DNA of 64,000 bases from Bacteroidales bacterium (lineage in GTDB: Bacteria > Bacteroidota > Bacteroidia > Bacteroidales > PUMT01). Below are positions 1-10,193 of the stretch, piece by piece. Where the stretch lies: assembly GCA_007132225.1 (NCBI GenBank), contig SLPB01000026.1:23804-87803 (forward strand), in the 5' to 3' direction. A program made the translations under genes and the position numbers. Numbering within the stretch: the stretch's first letter is position 1; each line of letters opens with the position of its first letter. A model generated the notes under the pieces. It had not been told where the DNA came from. It made no database searches and saw nothing but the letters and a program-made list of their open reading frames with translations.

Positions 1-1746
1 TTCTAAAAAATTTATTAACAGGTATTGTTGATTTGAGAGCTTTGCCAAAACATCCCTTTTAACAAATACCTTAAGTTGCCTGAACCTGTCAGGAATTTTG
101 AATGATATATCAGGCAGGTTTACATGAACACCGGAATCGGATTTGTTTTTCAGGGATTTATGAAGATGGTGATATGCCCACTCCCATGGAGGTATCTTCC
201 TGGAATGGGTTTGCTTGCCAAATTCGTCAAGAACATTTGTCTCGATTATATTGAAAAGTTGCTCGGGATTCACATTACCGCATTCATGACACTCACTTTC
301 ATTCCAGTTGGCATGCTGAACATGTGATTTAAAATAAATGATTGCTTCTATCGGATCGCCATTATATATAAGAAAGCCTCCAGTGTCCAGAATAATAAGC
401 TTGTCAAACATCTTAAAAATATCTGAGGAGGGTTGATGAATAACCACAAAAACAAGCTTGCCCTTTAATGATAACTCCTTAAGCAGGTCCATTATGTTTT
501 CCGAATCTCTTGATGACAGTCCTGAGGTTGGTTCATCCAGAAACAATATGGCCGGTTCCCTGATAAGTTCCAGGGCAATATTCAGACGTTTGCGCTGTCC
601 GCCGCTGATTTTCTTGTTCAGCGGACTGCCTACCTGAATGTTTTTGATATCTAACAAGCCAAGTTGCTGAAGTAAACCATTCACTGCCCTCTCTGTTTCT
701 TTTTCCGTGTAGTGGTCAAAACAAAGTTTTGCATTATAATAGAGGTTCTGATAAACGGTAAGCTCTTCAATCAAAAGGTCGTCCTGTGATACGTGACCAA
801 TGAGCCCCTCTGTTTTGACCTTCTCTTTATGTATGTCAATACCATTTGCCAGTACACTCCCCCTGAATGGTGTCAGGGTGCCGTTTAATACGTTCAGCAG
901 CGTTGATTTCCCGGAACCGCTGGATCCCATGATCCCGATGAGCCGTCCGGATTCTTCGGTGAAGGAAAGTCTTTGTAAACCAATATTTCCACCCTTGAAA
1001 CGATATTCAATGTTATTAACGCTGAATACAATTCTGCTTTTGATTAGATGGGGACTAAAGGAGCTGACCATATCACTGAAGTATACAGGCTTGATCCTCG
1101 GGTTCCGCAATGATGTGCCGTTATCGAACACATATACCTTATCCTGCTGGATAAGTTGAGAATTGAGGTACATCTCATTTTTCCCGATATACCTCATCAG
1201 GTACATATTTACATCAGAAATTCTTAAAATCCTGATCTGTCCCTCAAGCAGCTCCCTGTAAATATGTTTTGTTTCATAAGAAGGGAAATCCGGGTTGTTT
1301 TCTATAATAAGGATGTTGTCTGAATCAGGGATATGGTTAAAAGGAGAAAGGACAAATCCTTTCATGTTTTCGTACTCAGGAGGGGATATATTGAATGACT
1401 GTGCAACGGTATTAATAAATTCTATTGCCTGATCTGCAATAATGTTTTTGTCATCCTTAATGAATTCAAGAAGATTGATCAGAACAATGATTTTTTGTCT
1501 CCTGCTTAGCTCTTCGTTGATTTGTGTACATATTACCAATATGCGCACCGAACTTGAAGAAGTGCGTTTTTTTCTTTTTCCTTCCTCGCCCTGCTTCTTT
1601 TGGTGGATTTTATAATGCCTGTCAAAAATATTCAGATACTCATCAACAAGTTCCTGGTTTAATTGCCTTTTCAGGAATGATTCTACCACAAGACGTCTCT
1701 CTTTTTTGTTGCTTTCGGGGCTTGCAATGATGGCAAAAAGCTGCAT
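1..1746 (-). CDS. ABC transporter ATP-binding protein (ABCG/White-like NBD) with a ~270-aa N-terminal extension. The C-terminal part runs off the window.
   Basis: Hand translation of the minus strand from the ATG at 1746 (MQLFAIIASPESNKKERRL...) stays open to position 1, giving 582 codons. It is absent from the ORF track because there is no stop in the window. Motifs: Walker A GSSGSGKST, signature ISGGQRKR, Walker B ILFLDEPTSGLS, H-loop VIHQPS. The + strand ORFs 124..327 and 800..1159 are shadow ORFs. Confidence 0.85.
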   Translation of the reverse strand, partial: MQLFAIIASPESNKKERRLVVESFLKRQLNQELVDEYLNIFDRHYKIHQKKQGEEGKRKKRTSSSSVRILVICTQINEELSRRQKIIVLINLLEFIKDDKNIIADQAIEFINTVAQSFNISPPEYENMKGFVLSPFNHIPDSDNILIIENNPDFPSYETKHIYRELLEGQIRILRISDVNMYLMRYIGKNEMYLNSQLIQQDKVYVFDNGTSLRNPRIKPVYFSDMVSSFSPHLIKSRIVFSVNNIEYRFKGGNIGLQRLSFTEESGRLIGIMGSSGSGKSTLLNVLNGTLTPFRGSVLANGIDIHKEKVKTEGLIGHVSQDDLLIEELTVYQNLYYNAKLCFDHYTEKETERAVNGLLQQLGLLDIKNIQVGSPLNKKISGGQRKRLNIALELIREPAILFLDEPTSGLSSRDSENIMDLLKELSLKGKLVFVVIHQPSSDIFKMFDKLIILDTGGFLIYNGDPIEAIIYFKSHVQHANWNESECHECGNVNPEQLFNIIETNVLDEFGKQTHSRKIPPWEWAYHHLHKSLKNKSDSGVHVNLPDISFKIPDRFRQLKVFVKRDVLAKLSNQQYLLINFLE

Positions 1747-2108
1747 CAATGCCTTTAATATTTTTTGACTCAATATTAGATATATTTAATGTAGTAGCAG
1801 GATCATGGTTTTGAAAAAAATAAAAGTAGATAAATAATTTTTTATAACCAATCTTAATCTGCCCTTGATAATCCAGAGATTTGACCAGGATCGCAGAGTA
1901 ATAACATAGCCCCGTAGAGGTTCATTGCCTATAATTAAGTTATACCGACCGGGCACTCTTATTTTAAAGTTTAGCATAATAATAATTAATTGTAACATCT
2001 TTAATAATTCAGACAAGAGGTAGTTTGGTTTTTGCTATTTCTTTAAAGAAATTTATAGTTACTTTATTATTCCTTACTTAATCACTTTAATAACTAAACT
2101 TTATACAC

Positions 2109-2972
2109 ATGAAATTAACATTGGCATTATTGTTTTTGATAAGTTTCACAGCGATTGCACAGGATCTTCCTGTAAAGTGGGAGGAACTTCGGGCAAGCGA
2201 TTGGGACAAAGCTCTTGAGAAGTCCGGCTACACATGTATTTTGCCTATGGGTGTTATTGAAAAACACGGTTTGCATGTTCCGCTGGGCTCAGATATTATT
2301 AAAGCCCGAAATTGGGCCACTCGTGCAGCAGAAGTAGAATATGCTGTTGTATTCCCTGATTTTATTTACGGGCAGATTTTTGAAGCAATGCATCAGCCCG
2401 GGACTATTGCCATACCAAGCGACGTTTTGTGGGCAGTACTTGAAGCGACAATCGAAGAAATTGCCAGAAACGGTTTTGAAAAAATCCTGATTCTTAATGG
2501 TCATGGGGGTAATAATAATTTCATCCCGTATTTTATTCAGGCTCAACTGGGAAAAAGACGCGATTATGCTCTTTTTTTACATTCCCGGGATGCTGATCCG
2601 GAATACAATGCAAAGCTCAATCAGCTCAGAGAATCTGATCCATCGTATGATCAGCATGCTGGTGAAAGGGAGACTTCTGAAATTCTTTACTTGCGTCCGG
2701 ATCTGGTCATTCAGGAGAGGGCAGATGATGAGTCAGGAAAAGATATGGACAGGCTTGATCTGCCAGACTTGTACACGGGGATATGGTGGTATGCCGGTTT
2801 TCCCAATCATTATGCCGGGGAAGGATCTGCCGGCTCAAGGGAACTTGGTAAATTTATAACAGAATATCAGGTGGAATCGGTTGTGAGGGCTCTCAGACTG
2901 ATAAAGGAAGACGATACTGTCATTGAGCTTCAGAATGAATATTTTGACCGGGTCGAAAAGGGTTTTCGCTAA
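2109..2972 (+). CDS. Creatininase (creatinine amidohydrolase) family protein with an N-terminal signal peptide
   Basis: Family-typical motifs EKHGLHVPLGSD and LNGHGGN. N-terminus MKLTLALLFLISFTAIAQ looks like a signal peptide. Confidence 0.75.
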   Translation: MKLTLALLFLISFTAIAQDLPVKWEELRASDWDKALEKSGYTCILPMGVIEKHGLHVPLGSDIIKARNWATRAAEVEYAVVFPDFIYGQIFEAMHQPGTIAIPSDVLWAVLEATIEEIARNGFEKILILNGHGGNNNFIPYFIQAQLGKRRDYALFLHSRDADPEYNAKLNQLRESDPSYDQHAGERETSEILYLRPDLVIQERADDESGKDMDRLDLPDLYTGIWWYAGFPNHYAGEGSAGSRELGKFITEYQVESVVRALRLIKEDDTVIELQNEYFDRVEKGFR

Positions 2973-3199
2973 CAGACCTGACGATTCTGCATGTTTTAGG
3001 ATTGGTATCTGGTTATTAAACCGGAGCCTGTAACTACTTAGTAAAAAAACAAGGTTCATTCAGACATTACTGACGGACTCATCTTTTATCGGGGGACATA
3101 TTGACATATTTTATTGAAATTTCAGTGTCAGATTTACATATTGATCATAGTATATGTTTTTGGCAGTACTTTTGATGGCCCATATCAGGAATGGTATTT

Positions 3200-3207
3200 T
3201 AAGTTTG
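3200..3207 (+). promoter_or_regulatory. Bacteroidota sigma-A -7 box (TAnnTTTG) upstream of clpB
   Basis: TAAGTTTG lies 80 nt upstream of the ATG. A TTTG at 3171..3174 is further away than the usual -33 spacing. Confidence 0.4.
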
Positions 3208-3287
3208 GTTTTCTCAGGTTACTGGTATTTAAGCTTTTGATAGTATAAGTATCTGATAATATGATTAATTCTAAAACAGCATAAAAA

Positions 3288-5888
3288 ATGAATCTTAATA
3301 ATTTTACAATAAAATCCCAGGAAGCCATACAGCAATCGTTTTCTATTGCCACGGGGTATCAGAATCAGGCTGTTGAAACCGGCCATATAATGAAGTCGCT
3401 TCTTAATTCCGATGAGCATATAACGGGCTTTTTGCTCAAAAAGATGAATGTTAATCCACGTAATTTTTCAAATGTTCTGGACAGTATAATAAATTCTTAT
3501 CCTAAAGTTACTGGAGGTGACCAGTATTTGTCATCTTCAGCATCTGCAGCTCTTCAAAAAGCAATAGAACAATCCAAAGAAGCAGGCGATGAGTATGTTT
3601 CGATTGAACATATTCTGTCTGGTTTATTACAGGCAGGTGACCAGGTCTCTCAAATGATGAAGGATAGCGGCATGACTGCCGGAGAACTGAAAAAAGCAAT
3701 AGCAGAGCTGAGAAAAGGTTCAAAAGCTACCAGCCAGTCGGCCGAAGATAGCTTCAATGCATTAAATCGTTTTGCCATTAATCTCAATGAGATGGCCCGG
3801 GCAGGCAAACTTGACCCGGTAATAGGCAGGGATGAAGAGATCAGGCGTATTCTTCAGATACTTTCACGAAGGACAAAGAACAACCCCATACTCATAGGTG
3901 AGCCCGGTGTGGGTAAAACTGCTATTGCTGATGGACTTGCCCAAAGGATAGTGAACGGTGATGTACCCGACAATCTGAAAACCAAGCAGGTTCACTCACT
4001 TGATATGGGGGCTTTGATAGCCGGAGCAAAATATAAAGGGGAATTTGAAGAACGCCTGAAAGCTGTGGTAAAAGAAGTTGTAGATTCTGAAGGGGAAATA
4101 GTTATGTTTATTGATGAAATACATACCCTGGTAGGAGCCGGTAGAAGTGAGGGAGCAATGGATGCTGCCAACATTCTGAAACCGGCCCTGGCAAGAGGAG
4201 AGCTTAAGGCAATAGGGGCCACTACTTTGAATGAGTATCAGAAATATTTTGAGAAGGACAAGGCCCTGGAACGGAGATTCCAGATAGTTATGGTTGATGA
4301 GCCTGATGTAATGAGTGCTGTGTCAATTCTCAGGGGACTAAAGGAAAGATATGAAACACATCATAAGGTGAGGATAAAGGATGATGCCATAATTGCTGCT
4401 GTGGAGCTTTCAAACAGGTATATTACCGAACGCTTTCTTCCTGATAAGGCAATAGACCTTATAGATGAGGCTGCATCAAAACTCCGGCTTGAAATGAACT
4501 CTGTACCCGAGAGCATAGATGAGATAGAGAGAAAGGTTAAGCAGCTTGAAATTGAACGGGAGGCCATAAAACGTGAAGGCGATAAAAAGAAAGAATCGGA
4601 GCTTTCATCTGAACTTGCAAATCTTAATGAGGAGAAAAATAAACTTAGAGCCAGGTGGGAGAATGAAAGGGGTATTATAAGCAATATTCAGAGGTATAAG
4701 GAGGCAATAGAAAATATGAAGCTGGAAGCTGAGCAAGCTGAAAGGCAGGGAGACTATGGAAAGGTTGCCGAACTGAGGTACGGCCGTATCAAGGAGGCTG
4801 AGGCAAGTATAGAAAAACTCAAGCAGGAACTTGATGATGTTAAAGGAGAAGAATCTCTTATAAGAGAGGAAATAGATTCAGAGGATATTGCAGAAATCGT
4901 TTCCAGGTGGACAGGCATACCGGTAAGCAGGATGCTTCAAAGTGAAAGGGAAAAGCTGCTTTCCCTTGAAGATGAACTGCACAGGAGGGTTGTGGGTCAG
5001 GATGAGGCATTGCAAGCAGTTTCTGACGCCGTACGACGAAGCAGGGCCGGATTACAGGATGTGAAAAGGCCTATTGGATCTTTTATTTTTCTGGGTACTA
5101 CAGGAGTTGGCAAGACAGAGCTTGCCAGAGCACTGGCCGAATTCTTGTTTGATGATGAAAATCTTATGACCCGCATTGATATGTCGGAATACCAGGAAAG
5201 GCATTCTGTTTCCCGGCTTATTGGTGCTCCCCCCGGTTATATTGGATATGAAGAGGGCGGACAACTCACTGAATCAGTCCGAAGAAAACCATACTCTGTA
5301 GTTTTGCTTGATGAAATAGAAAAAGCTCATCCTGATGTGTTTAATATTTTGCTGCAGGTGCTCGATGAAGGCCGGCTGACCGATAATAAAGGAAGGATAG
5401 TAAACTTTAAAAACACTATTATAATAATGACCTCCAATGCTGGATCGCATATCATTCAGGAAAACTATGAAAAACTCAATGGTATGAACCGTGAAGAGAT
5501 GTTTGAAAAGTCCCGGATGCAGGTGTTCGAGATGCTAAAGCAAACTATCAGGCCGGAGTTTCTTAACCGTATTGATGAGATAATTATGTTCAAACCGCTT
5601 GCGGCGGATGAGGTGAAACAAATTGTAAGACTCCAGTTTGAACAGATCAGAAAAATGCTTAAATCTAATCAGGTTAACATTGAGATAACTGAGAAGGCTG
5701 TAGATCTTCTTACCAGCCTGGGTTTTGATCCGCAATACGGTGCGCGGCCGGTGAAAAGGGTTATGCAAAAGTACATTTTAAATGAATTGTCACGGAAGAT
5801 ACTTGCAGAAAAGGTTGACAGGGGTAAATTACTTAAAATAGATGCAAAGGGCAGTGAACTTGTATTCCTTAACCGGGATGAACCTTGA
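3288..5888 (+). CDS. clpB: ATP-dependent chaperone ClpB
   Basis: 866 aa with two AAA+ modules (GEPGVGKT and GTTGVGKT Walker A). A long coiled-coil middle domain sits between them, and a Clp N-domain is present. Confidence 0.95.
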   Translation: MNLNNFTIKSQEAIQQSFSIATGYQNQAVETGHIMKSLLNSDEHITGFLLKKMNVNPRNFSNVLDSIINSYPKVTGGDQYLSSSASAALQKAIEQSKEAGDEYVSIEHILSGLLQAGDQVSQMMKDSGMTAGELKKAIAELRKGSKATSQSAEDSFNALNRFAINLNEMARAGKLDPVIGRDEEIRRILQILSRRTKNNPILIGEPGVGKTAIADGLAQRIVNGDVPDNLKTKQVHSLDMGALIAGAKYKGEFEERLKAVVKEVVDSEGEIVMFIDEIHTLVGAGRSEGAMDAANILKPALARGELKAIGATTLNEYQKYFEKDKALERRFQIVMVDEPDVMSAVSILRGLKERYETHHKVRIKDDAIIAAVELSNRYITERFLPDKAIDLIDEAASKLRLEMNSVPESIDEIERKVKQLEIEREAIKREGDKKKESELSSELANLNEEKNKLRARWENERGIISNIQRYKEAIENMKLEAEQAERQGDYGKVAELRYGRIKEAEASIEKLKQELDDVKGEESLIREEIDSEDIAEIVSRWTGIPVSRMLQSEREKLLSLEDELHRRVVGQDEALQAVSDAVRRSRAGLQDVKRPIGSFIFLGTTGVGKTELARALAEFLFDDENLMTRIDMSEYQERHSVSRLIGAPPGYIGYEEGGQLTESVRRKPYSVVLLDEIEKAHPDVFNILLQVLDEGRLTDNKGRIVNFKNTIIIMTSNAGSHIIQENYEKLNGMNREEMFEKSRMQVFEMLKQTIRPEFLNRIDEIIMFKPLAADEVKQIVRLQFEQIRKMLKSNQVNIEITEKAVDLLTSLGFDPQYGARPVKRVMQKYILNELSRKILAEKVDRGKLLKIDAKGSELVFLNRDEP

Positions 5889-5957
5889 CTTCCCCGGGAA
5901 ATCAGGGTCCGGTCAACCAAAGGAACCTTTAACTTTTATCTGCCCTGCTCTGAATTA

Positions 5958-6296
5958 TCAGGATAAACTTTTAACACAGTCTTCTCTGGTGTCATATATT
6001 TTAAAGACGTTGTGCAATTGAAGTAGCCTGAACAATGACATGACATCAGGGGTTATATTGTAAATATGGAAAATTCCTGAATTGCTTTTTGCTTTTTTCA
6101 TGATTGACAGCAGAGCCCCGAATCCGGAGCTGTCAATGAAAGCAATATTTCCAAGACCAAGGATGAGTTTGGTCCCCGGTTTTTCAAAATGCCTGCCTAC
6201 TTCCTCCTTAAGATCTTCTGAAATAACCGCATTAAGTTTGTCTTTCTGATCAAATTCATAAACTATTACCCCGTTTAAATTTTCCGATTTGAGCAT
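5958..6296 (-). CDS. STAS-domain anti-sigma-factor antagonist (SpoIIAA-like)
   Basis: 112 aa. Contains the FIDSSGFGALL motif with the conserved phosphorylatable Ser (DSSG). Confidence 0.8.
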   Translation of the reverse strand: MLKSENLNGVIVYEFDQKDKLNAVISEDLKEEVGRHFEKPGTKLILGLGNIAFIDSSGFGALLSIMKKAKSNSGIFHIYNITPDVMSLFRLLQLHNVFKIYDTREDCVKSLS

Positions 6297-6307
6297 GGTT
6301 CTGTTTT

Positions 6308-6667
6308 TTAAAGGGTTTTGGAAATCAGTTTTAATTCTTTTATTGCCGAGTTGAATTGATTTTCTATCCTTTTTACTAAGGCTAAGTAAAGTCCGGGCTC
6401 CCTGTTTTCCTTTGCAAGCAGTTCAAGATCCTTTAACTCATTTGTCAGCTGTCCCATGCCCATTATTGACGAAGATGCTTTTGCCTTGTGGGCGAGTTTG
6501 CCGAGTGCATCCCAATCTTTATCTTCTTGGTACTTATGCATCATCTTAAGGTAGGAGGGCACTTCTGAAATGAATATATCAATCATCTCACTTATTAATT
6601 GATTATCTCCCTCTGATATTTCATTAAGATAATTGAGATTGATGTATTCTGGATTTTGCCTGTTCAT
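6308..6667 (-). CDS. Hpt (histidine phosphotransfer) domain protein
   Basis: 119 aa, helical. Contains the H-x-x-K-[AG]-S-S motif (LAHKAKASSSIMGMGQL). It lies 11 nt upstream of the STAS gene on the same strand. Confidence 0.75.
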   Translation of the reverse strand: MNRQNPEYINLNYLNEISEGDNQLISEMIDIFISEVPSYLKMMHKYQEDKDWDALGKLAHKAKASSSIMGMGQLTNELKDLELLAKENREPGLYLALVKRIENQFNSAIKELKLISKTL

Positions 6668-6853
6668 CTGCTATCTGATGTTCTTATGTAAATGGTTCAA
6701 AATTGTATTTTGTTTAACCAGCCGGCATGAGGGCTGCATCAGAAGATAAAAGTAATGTTTTTAATAAATATCTTGTTCATGAAGCTGCAATAATATTATA
6801 TTTTGTTGATATTTATTTTAACCGGCTAAATTTAAGTATCTAACTAAAATATT

Positions 6854-6861
6854 TACTTTTG
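6854..6861 (+). promoter_or_regulatory. -7 box (TAnnTTTG) upstream of gcvT
   Basis: TACTTTTG lies 40 nt upstream of the ATG at 6901. A TTTA at 6831..6834 sits 19 nt upstream as a -33-like element. Confidence 0.5.
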
Positions 6862-6900
6862 TGGTCCAGAAGAATATTATATATAAAACCGGTTCTGATC

Positions 6901-8007
6901 ATGAAGCGTACTCCTTTTACCGAATATCACATACAAATGGGCGCAAGGATGCAACCATTTGCAGGATTCAATATGCCTGTAGAATACAGTGGAATTAATG
7001 ATGAACACATTACTGTCCGAGAAAAAGTGGGAGTATTCGATGTATCACATATGGGTGAGTTCTGGATAAAAGGGCCTAAAGCTGCAGGTTTTCTTCAGTA
7101 TATTACTACCAACGACATTAACAGCCTTTATGACGGAAAAGTACACTATTCCTGTATGCCCAATGGCAGAGGCGGAATTAAGGATGATCTGCTCGTTTAC
7201 CGGGTTGACCCTGAGACTTACATGATAGTCGTTAATGCTGCAAATATTGAAAAAGACTGGGACTGGTGTTGTTATCATGCCCCTAAATTCGGATTGGAAG
7301 TGGGAACAGAACTCTGCAATGCCTCCGATGAATTTGCATTGCTTGCCGTACAGGGACCTTATGCATTCAAAGTGATGCAAAAGCTGATTGATGTACCCAT
7401 AGATAAAATGAAGTTTTACACCTTTAAAAAGCTTGATATCGGAGGTGTGAAAAATGCTATATTTTCAACGACCGGTTATACCGGCTCAGGCGGGTATGAG
7501 ATATACGTGAACAATGATGACGGCCCGGCACTGTGGAAATCAGTTTTTGAAGCAGGTGAAGAGTTTGGGATAAAACCCGCGGGTCTTGGAGCGCGGGATA
7601 CATTGAGGCTGGAAACGGGTTTGTGTCTTTATGGTAACGATATTGATGAAACTACCTCACCTATTGAAGCCGGACTGCAATGGATAGTTAAGTTTACTGA
7701 TAATAATGAGTTTATAGACAGAGAATTTTTGCTGAAACAAAAAATGGAAGGCCCGGAACGCAGACTTGTGGGGTTCGTGATGCACGAGAGGGGCATCCCA
7801 AGAACGAATTATGAAATTACTGACGAAGAGGGGAGTATTATTGGACATGTGACATCCGGCACTATGTCGCCAATGATGAAAACCGGTATTGGCCTCGGAT
7901 ATGTCAGGTCTGCCTATGCAAAAAACGGAACAGGGATTAAGATTCTGGTCAGGAACAAAAGCATCAGTGCTGAAGTTGCCGGATTGCCTCTTTTTAAAAA
8001 ACAGTAG
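6901..8007 (+). CDS. gcvT: Glycine cleavage system T protein (aminomethyltransferase)
   Basis: MKRTPFTEYHIQMGARM...FDVSHMGEF... is the typical GcvT N-terminus and length. I moved the start to the ATG at 6901; the track ORF starts at a TTG at 6859. Confidence 0.9.
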   Translation: MKRTPFTEYHIQMGARMQPFAGFNMPVEYSGINDEHITVREKVGVFDVSHMGEFWIKGPKAAGFLQYITTNDINSLYDGKVHYSCMPNGRGGIKDDLLVYRVDPETYMIVVNAANIEKDWDWCCYHAPKFGLEVGTELCNASDEFALLAVQGPYAFKVMQKLIDVPIDKMKFYTFKKLDIGGVKNAIFSTTGYTGSGGYEIYVNNDDGPALWKSVFEAGEEFGIKPAGLGARDTLRLETGLCLYGNDIDETTSPIEAGLQWIVKFTDNNEFIDREFLLKQKMEGPERRLVGFVMHERGIPRTNYEITDEEGSIIGHVTSGTMSPMMKTGIGLGYVRSAYAKNGTGIKILVRNKSISAEVAGLPLFKKQ

Positions 8008-8062
8008 CTATCTTTTTCCTTCGCCTGTGACTAAATCTTTATATTTATAAAAACGGATCTGC

Positions 8063-8092
8063 CGGACTGACAAATTGAGTCCGCTGTTTTTT
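8063..8092 (+). terminator. Rho-independent terminator after gcvT
   Basis: cggact/agtccg stem with a 9-nt loop, followed by ctgtttttt. Confidence 0.6.
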
Positions 8093-8155
8093 GGCCCTGC
8101 AGTCAGGAGCAATGGTTTCAGATATTTTTTGTCAATTAACATCAAATTTGCCTTT

Positions 8156-8893
8156 ATGACGATAAACAAAGAAAAGAATAAAATAGAAGTTTGTTATTCT
8201 CCGGCTCTTTATCCATATTACCGCAATGATAATGCAATTGTTGTTGTGTCAGATATACTTCGAGCTACAACTGCAATTTGTGCTGCTTTTGAAAACGGGG
8301 TAAAACAATTGATTCCTGTAGCAGATCTCGATGAAGCACGGGCCTTAAAGAAAAGGGGATTTCTTGTTGCTGCAGAGAGGGACGGCCTGGTTCTTGATTT
8401 TGCTGATTTCGGCAATTCGCCATTTAATTTCAGTCCCGGCCAGGTTAAAGGTGCCACTATTGCATATAGCACAACAAACGGGACCCAGGCTATCAGAATG
8501 GCTTCAGAAGCCCGCCATGTGGCTGTAGGAGCTTTTATTAATCTTAGTGCACTTGCTTCATGGCTGATATCACAGGATGCTGATGTTGTTATTTTATGCG
8601 CAGGCTGGAAGAACCGGTATAACCTTGAGGATAGTGTATTTGCAGGGGCACTTTCCAATGCACTTATTGAATCAGGGGGTTTTTATACTGAATGCGATGC
8701 TGCTGTTGCAGCCATGGAATTATGGGAGCTTGCCCGGGAAGATCTTACGGGATATATGGAAAAAGCTGCCCACCGGCACAGATTAAAAAAGCTCGGGCTG
8801 GATGATATAATGGAATACTGCAATACTCCTGACAGTACCAGGGTTATACCACTTCTCAAAGATAATTTTCTTGTGGAGCATAAAGATTATTAA
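8156..8893 (+). CDS. 2-phosphosulfolactate phosphatase (ComB) family protein
   Basis: SDILRATTAICAAF motif and ~245-aa length. Start moved to the ATG at 8156 (MTINKEKNK). Confidence 0.7.
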   Translation: MTINKEKNKIEVCYSPALYPYYRNDNAIVVVSDILRATTAICAAFENGVKQLIPVADLDEARALKKRGFLVAAERDGLVLDFADFGNSPFNFSPGQVKGATIAYSTTNGTQAIRMASEARHVAVGAFINLSALASWLISQDADVVILCAGWKNRYNLEDSVFAGALSNALIESGGFYTECDAAVAAMELWELAREDLTGYMEKAAHRHRLKKLGLDDIMEYCNTPDSTRVIPLLKDNFLVEHKDY

Positions 8894-8918
8894 AACCGGG
8901 TTTTTAATTGTTGATAAC

Positions 8919-8950
8919 CTCCAAAACATTATGTGGTATCCATTTTGGAG
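8919..8950 (+). terminator. Hairpin after the ComB-like gene (possible terminator)
   Basis: Perfect 8-bp stem ctccaaaa/ttttggag with a 16-nt loop. No clear U-tract. Confidence 0.35.
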
Positions 8951-9080
8951 ATATAGTATTTATTTTGCAAATTGCATTTTTTTTATGGCAAGTAATGAAA
9001 TTACTCATAAAAACAGTCCCTTATAATTTTCTGTTGTCGTGGCATTCATCCTATAAACCAAATAATCTAATCACAAACAC

Positions 9081-10154
9081 ATGAAAAAACATAATTTTAG
9101 TGCCGGCCCATCTATTCTTCCCAGAACGGTAATTGAGAATACTTCAAAAGCAGTTCTTGACCTCAATGGTTCAGGCCTGTCGGTAATGGAGATATCTCAC
9201 AGGGGTAAGGATTTTCAGGCTGTTATGGACGAAACTGTTGCTTTGTTCAAGGAGATTCTTAATGTACCCGATGGCTATGAAGTATTGTTTCTGCACGGAG
9301 GAGCAAGTATGAATTTCTGCATGGTGCCTTATAATCTGCTTCAGCGAAAGGCTGCTTACCTGGAGACCGGAACCTGGGCCAAAAAAGCAATTAAAGAAGC
9401 AAAAAAACTTGGAGATGTAGATATTGTTGCCTCCTCAGCAGATAAAAATTTCAGCTATATACCAAAATCCTTTGATATACCTTCAGATGCCGATTATTTT
9501 CACATAACAACCAATAATACTATATTCGGCACAGAATTACATGAAGACCTTGATAGTCCGGTTCCTATGGTTGCAGATATGTCATCCGACATATGCAGTC
9601 GTCCGGTAGATATTTCCAAATACGGAATTATCTATGGAGGTGCTCAGAAGAATCTTGGCGCTGCCGGTGTTGGATTTGTTATTATCCGTAAAGATATACT
9701 TGGTAAAGTTGATCGTGATATACCCTCTATGCTCGACTATAGCATACATATCGAGAATGGTTCAATGTTCAATACACCACCATGCCTGGCTGTTTTCACT
9801 GTGGGCGAAACCCTTAAGTGGCTTAAAGAACTTGGTGGAGTAGGCGAGATGCAAAAAATTAACCAGGGCAAGGCCGGGATGCTATATGATGTAATTGACA
9901 ACAGTAAGATGTTTATTGGCACTGCCGAAAAGACATCACGTTCTTTTATGAATGTTTGCTTTGTTATGCGTGAAGATTACAAGGACCTTGAAGCTGATTT
10001 TCTTTCTTTTGCAACTTCCAGGGGTATGGTAGGGATCAAGGGGCACCGTTCCGTAGGTGGTTTCAGGGCTTCTATTTACAATGCCCTTCCGGTTGAGAGC
10101 GTACAGGCACTTATTGATGTGATGAAGGAATTTGAAGCGGCAAGGGAAAGGTAG
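9081..10154 (+). CDS. serC: 3-phosphoserine/phosphohydroxythreonine aminotransferase
   Basis: N-terminal FSAGPS motif. PLP-lysine context YGGAQKNLG. 357 aa. Confidence 0.93.
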   Translation: MKKHNFSAGPSILPRTVIENTSKAVLDLNGSGLSVMEISHRGKDFQAVMDETVALFKEILNVPDGYEVLFLHGGASMNFCMVPYNLLQRKAAYLETGTWAKKAIKEAKKLGDVDIVASSADKNFSYIPKSFDIPSDADYFHITTNNTIFGTELHEDLDSPVPMVADMSSDICSRPVDISKYGIIYGGAQKNLGAAGVGFVIIRKDILGKVDRDIPSMLDYSIHIENGSMFNTPPCLAVFTVGETLKWLKELGGVGEMQKINQGKAGMLYDVIDNSKMFIGTAEKTSRSFMNVCFVMREDYKDLEADFLSFATSRGMVGIKGHRSVGGFRASIYNALPVESVQALIDVMKEFEAARER

Positions 10155-10193
10155 TAAAAGGATTTTAATATTAATTTATAAATACAATTTATA

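Noticed and set aside
800-1159. + strand ORFs 124..327, 800..1159 and 1524..1730 at the left edge
   Set aside because: They lie antisense to a continuous minus-strand frame that carries complete ABC ATPase motifs. They are shadow ORFs.
6668-6900. Glycine riboswitch upstream of gcvT; likewise a SAM element upstream of metX and a THF element upstream of folP
   Set aside because: None of the conserved cores I know is visible (for example the GGAGAG...CACCG glycine aptamer pattern). The leaders are AT-rich and too short or unstructured. This is a by-eye check only, and an Infernal scan would be definitive.
8075-8155. N-terminal extensions in the ORF track (for example 6859, 8075, 12459, 22971, 31668, 36485, 58760, 61964)
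   Set aside because: The extensions start at non-ATG or upstream codons and encode junk-like peptides ahead of a canonical family N-terminus or signal peptide. Internal ATG starts fit much better.
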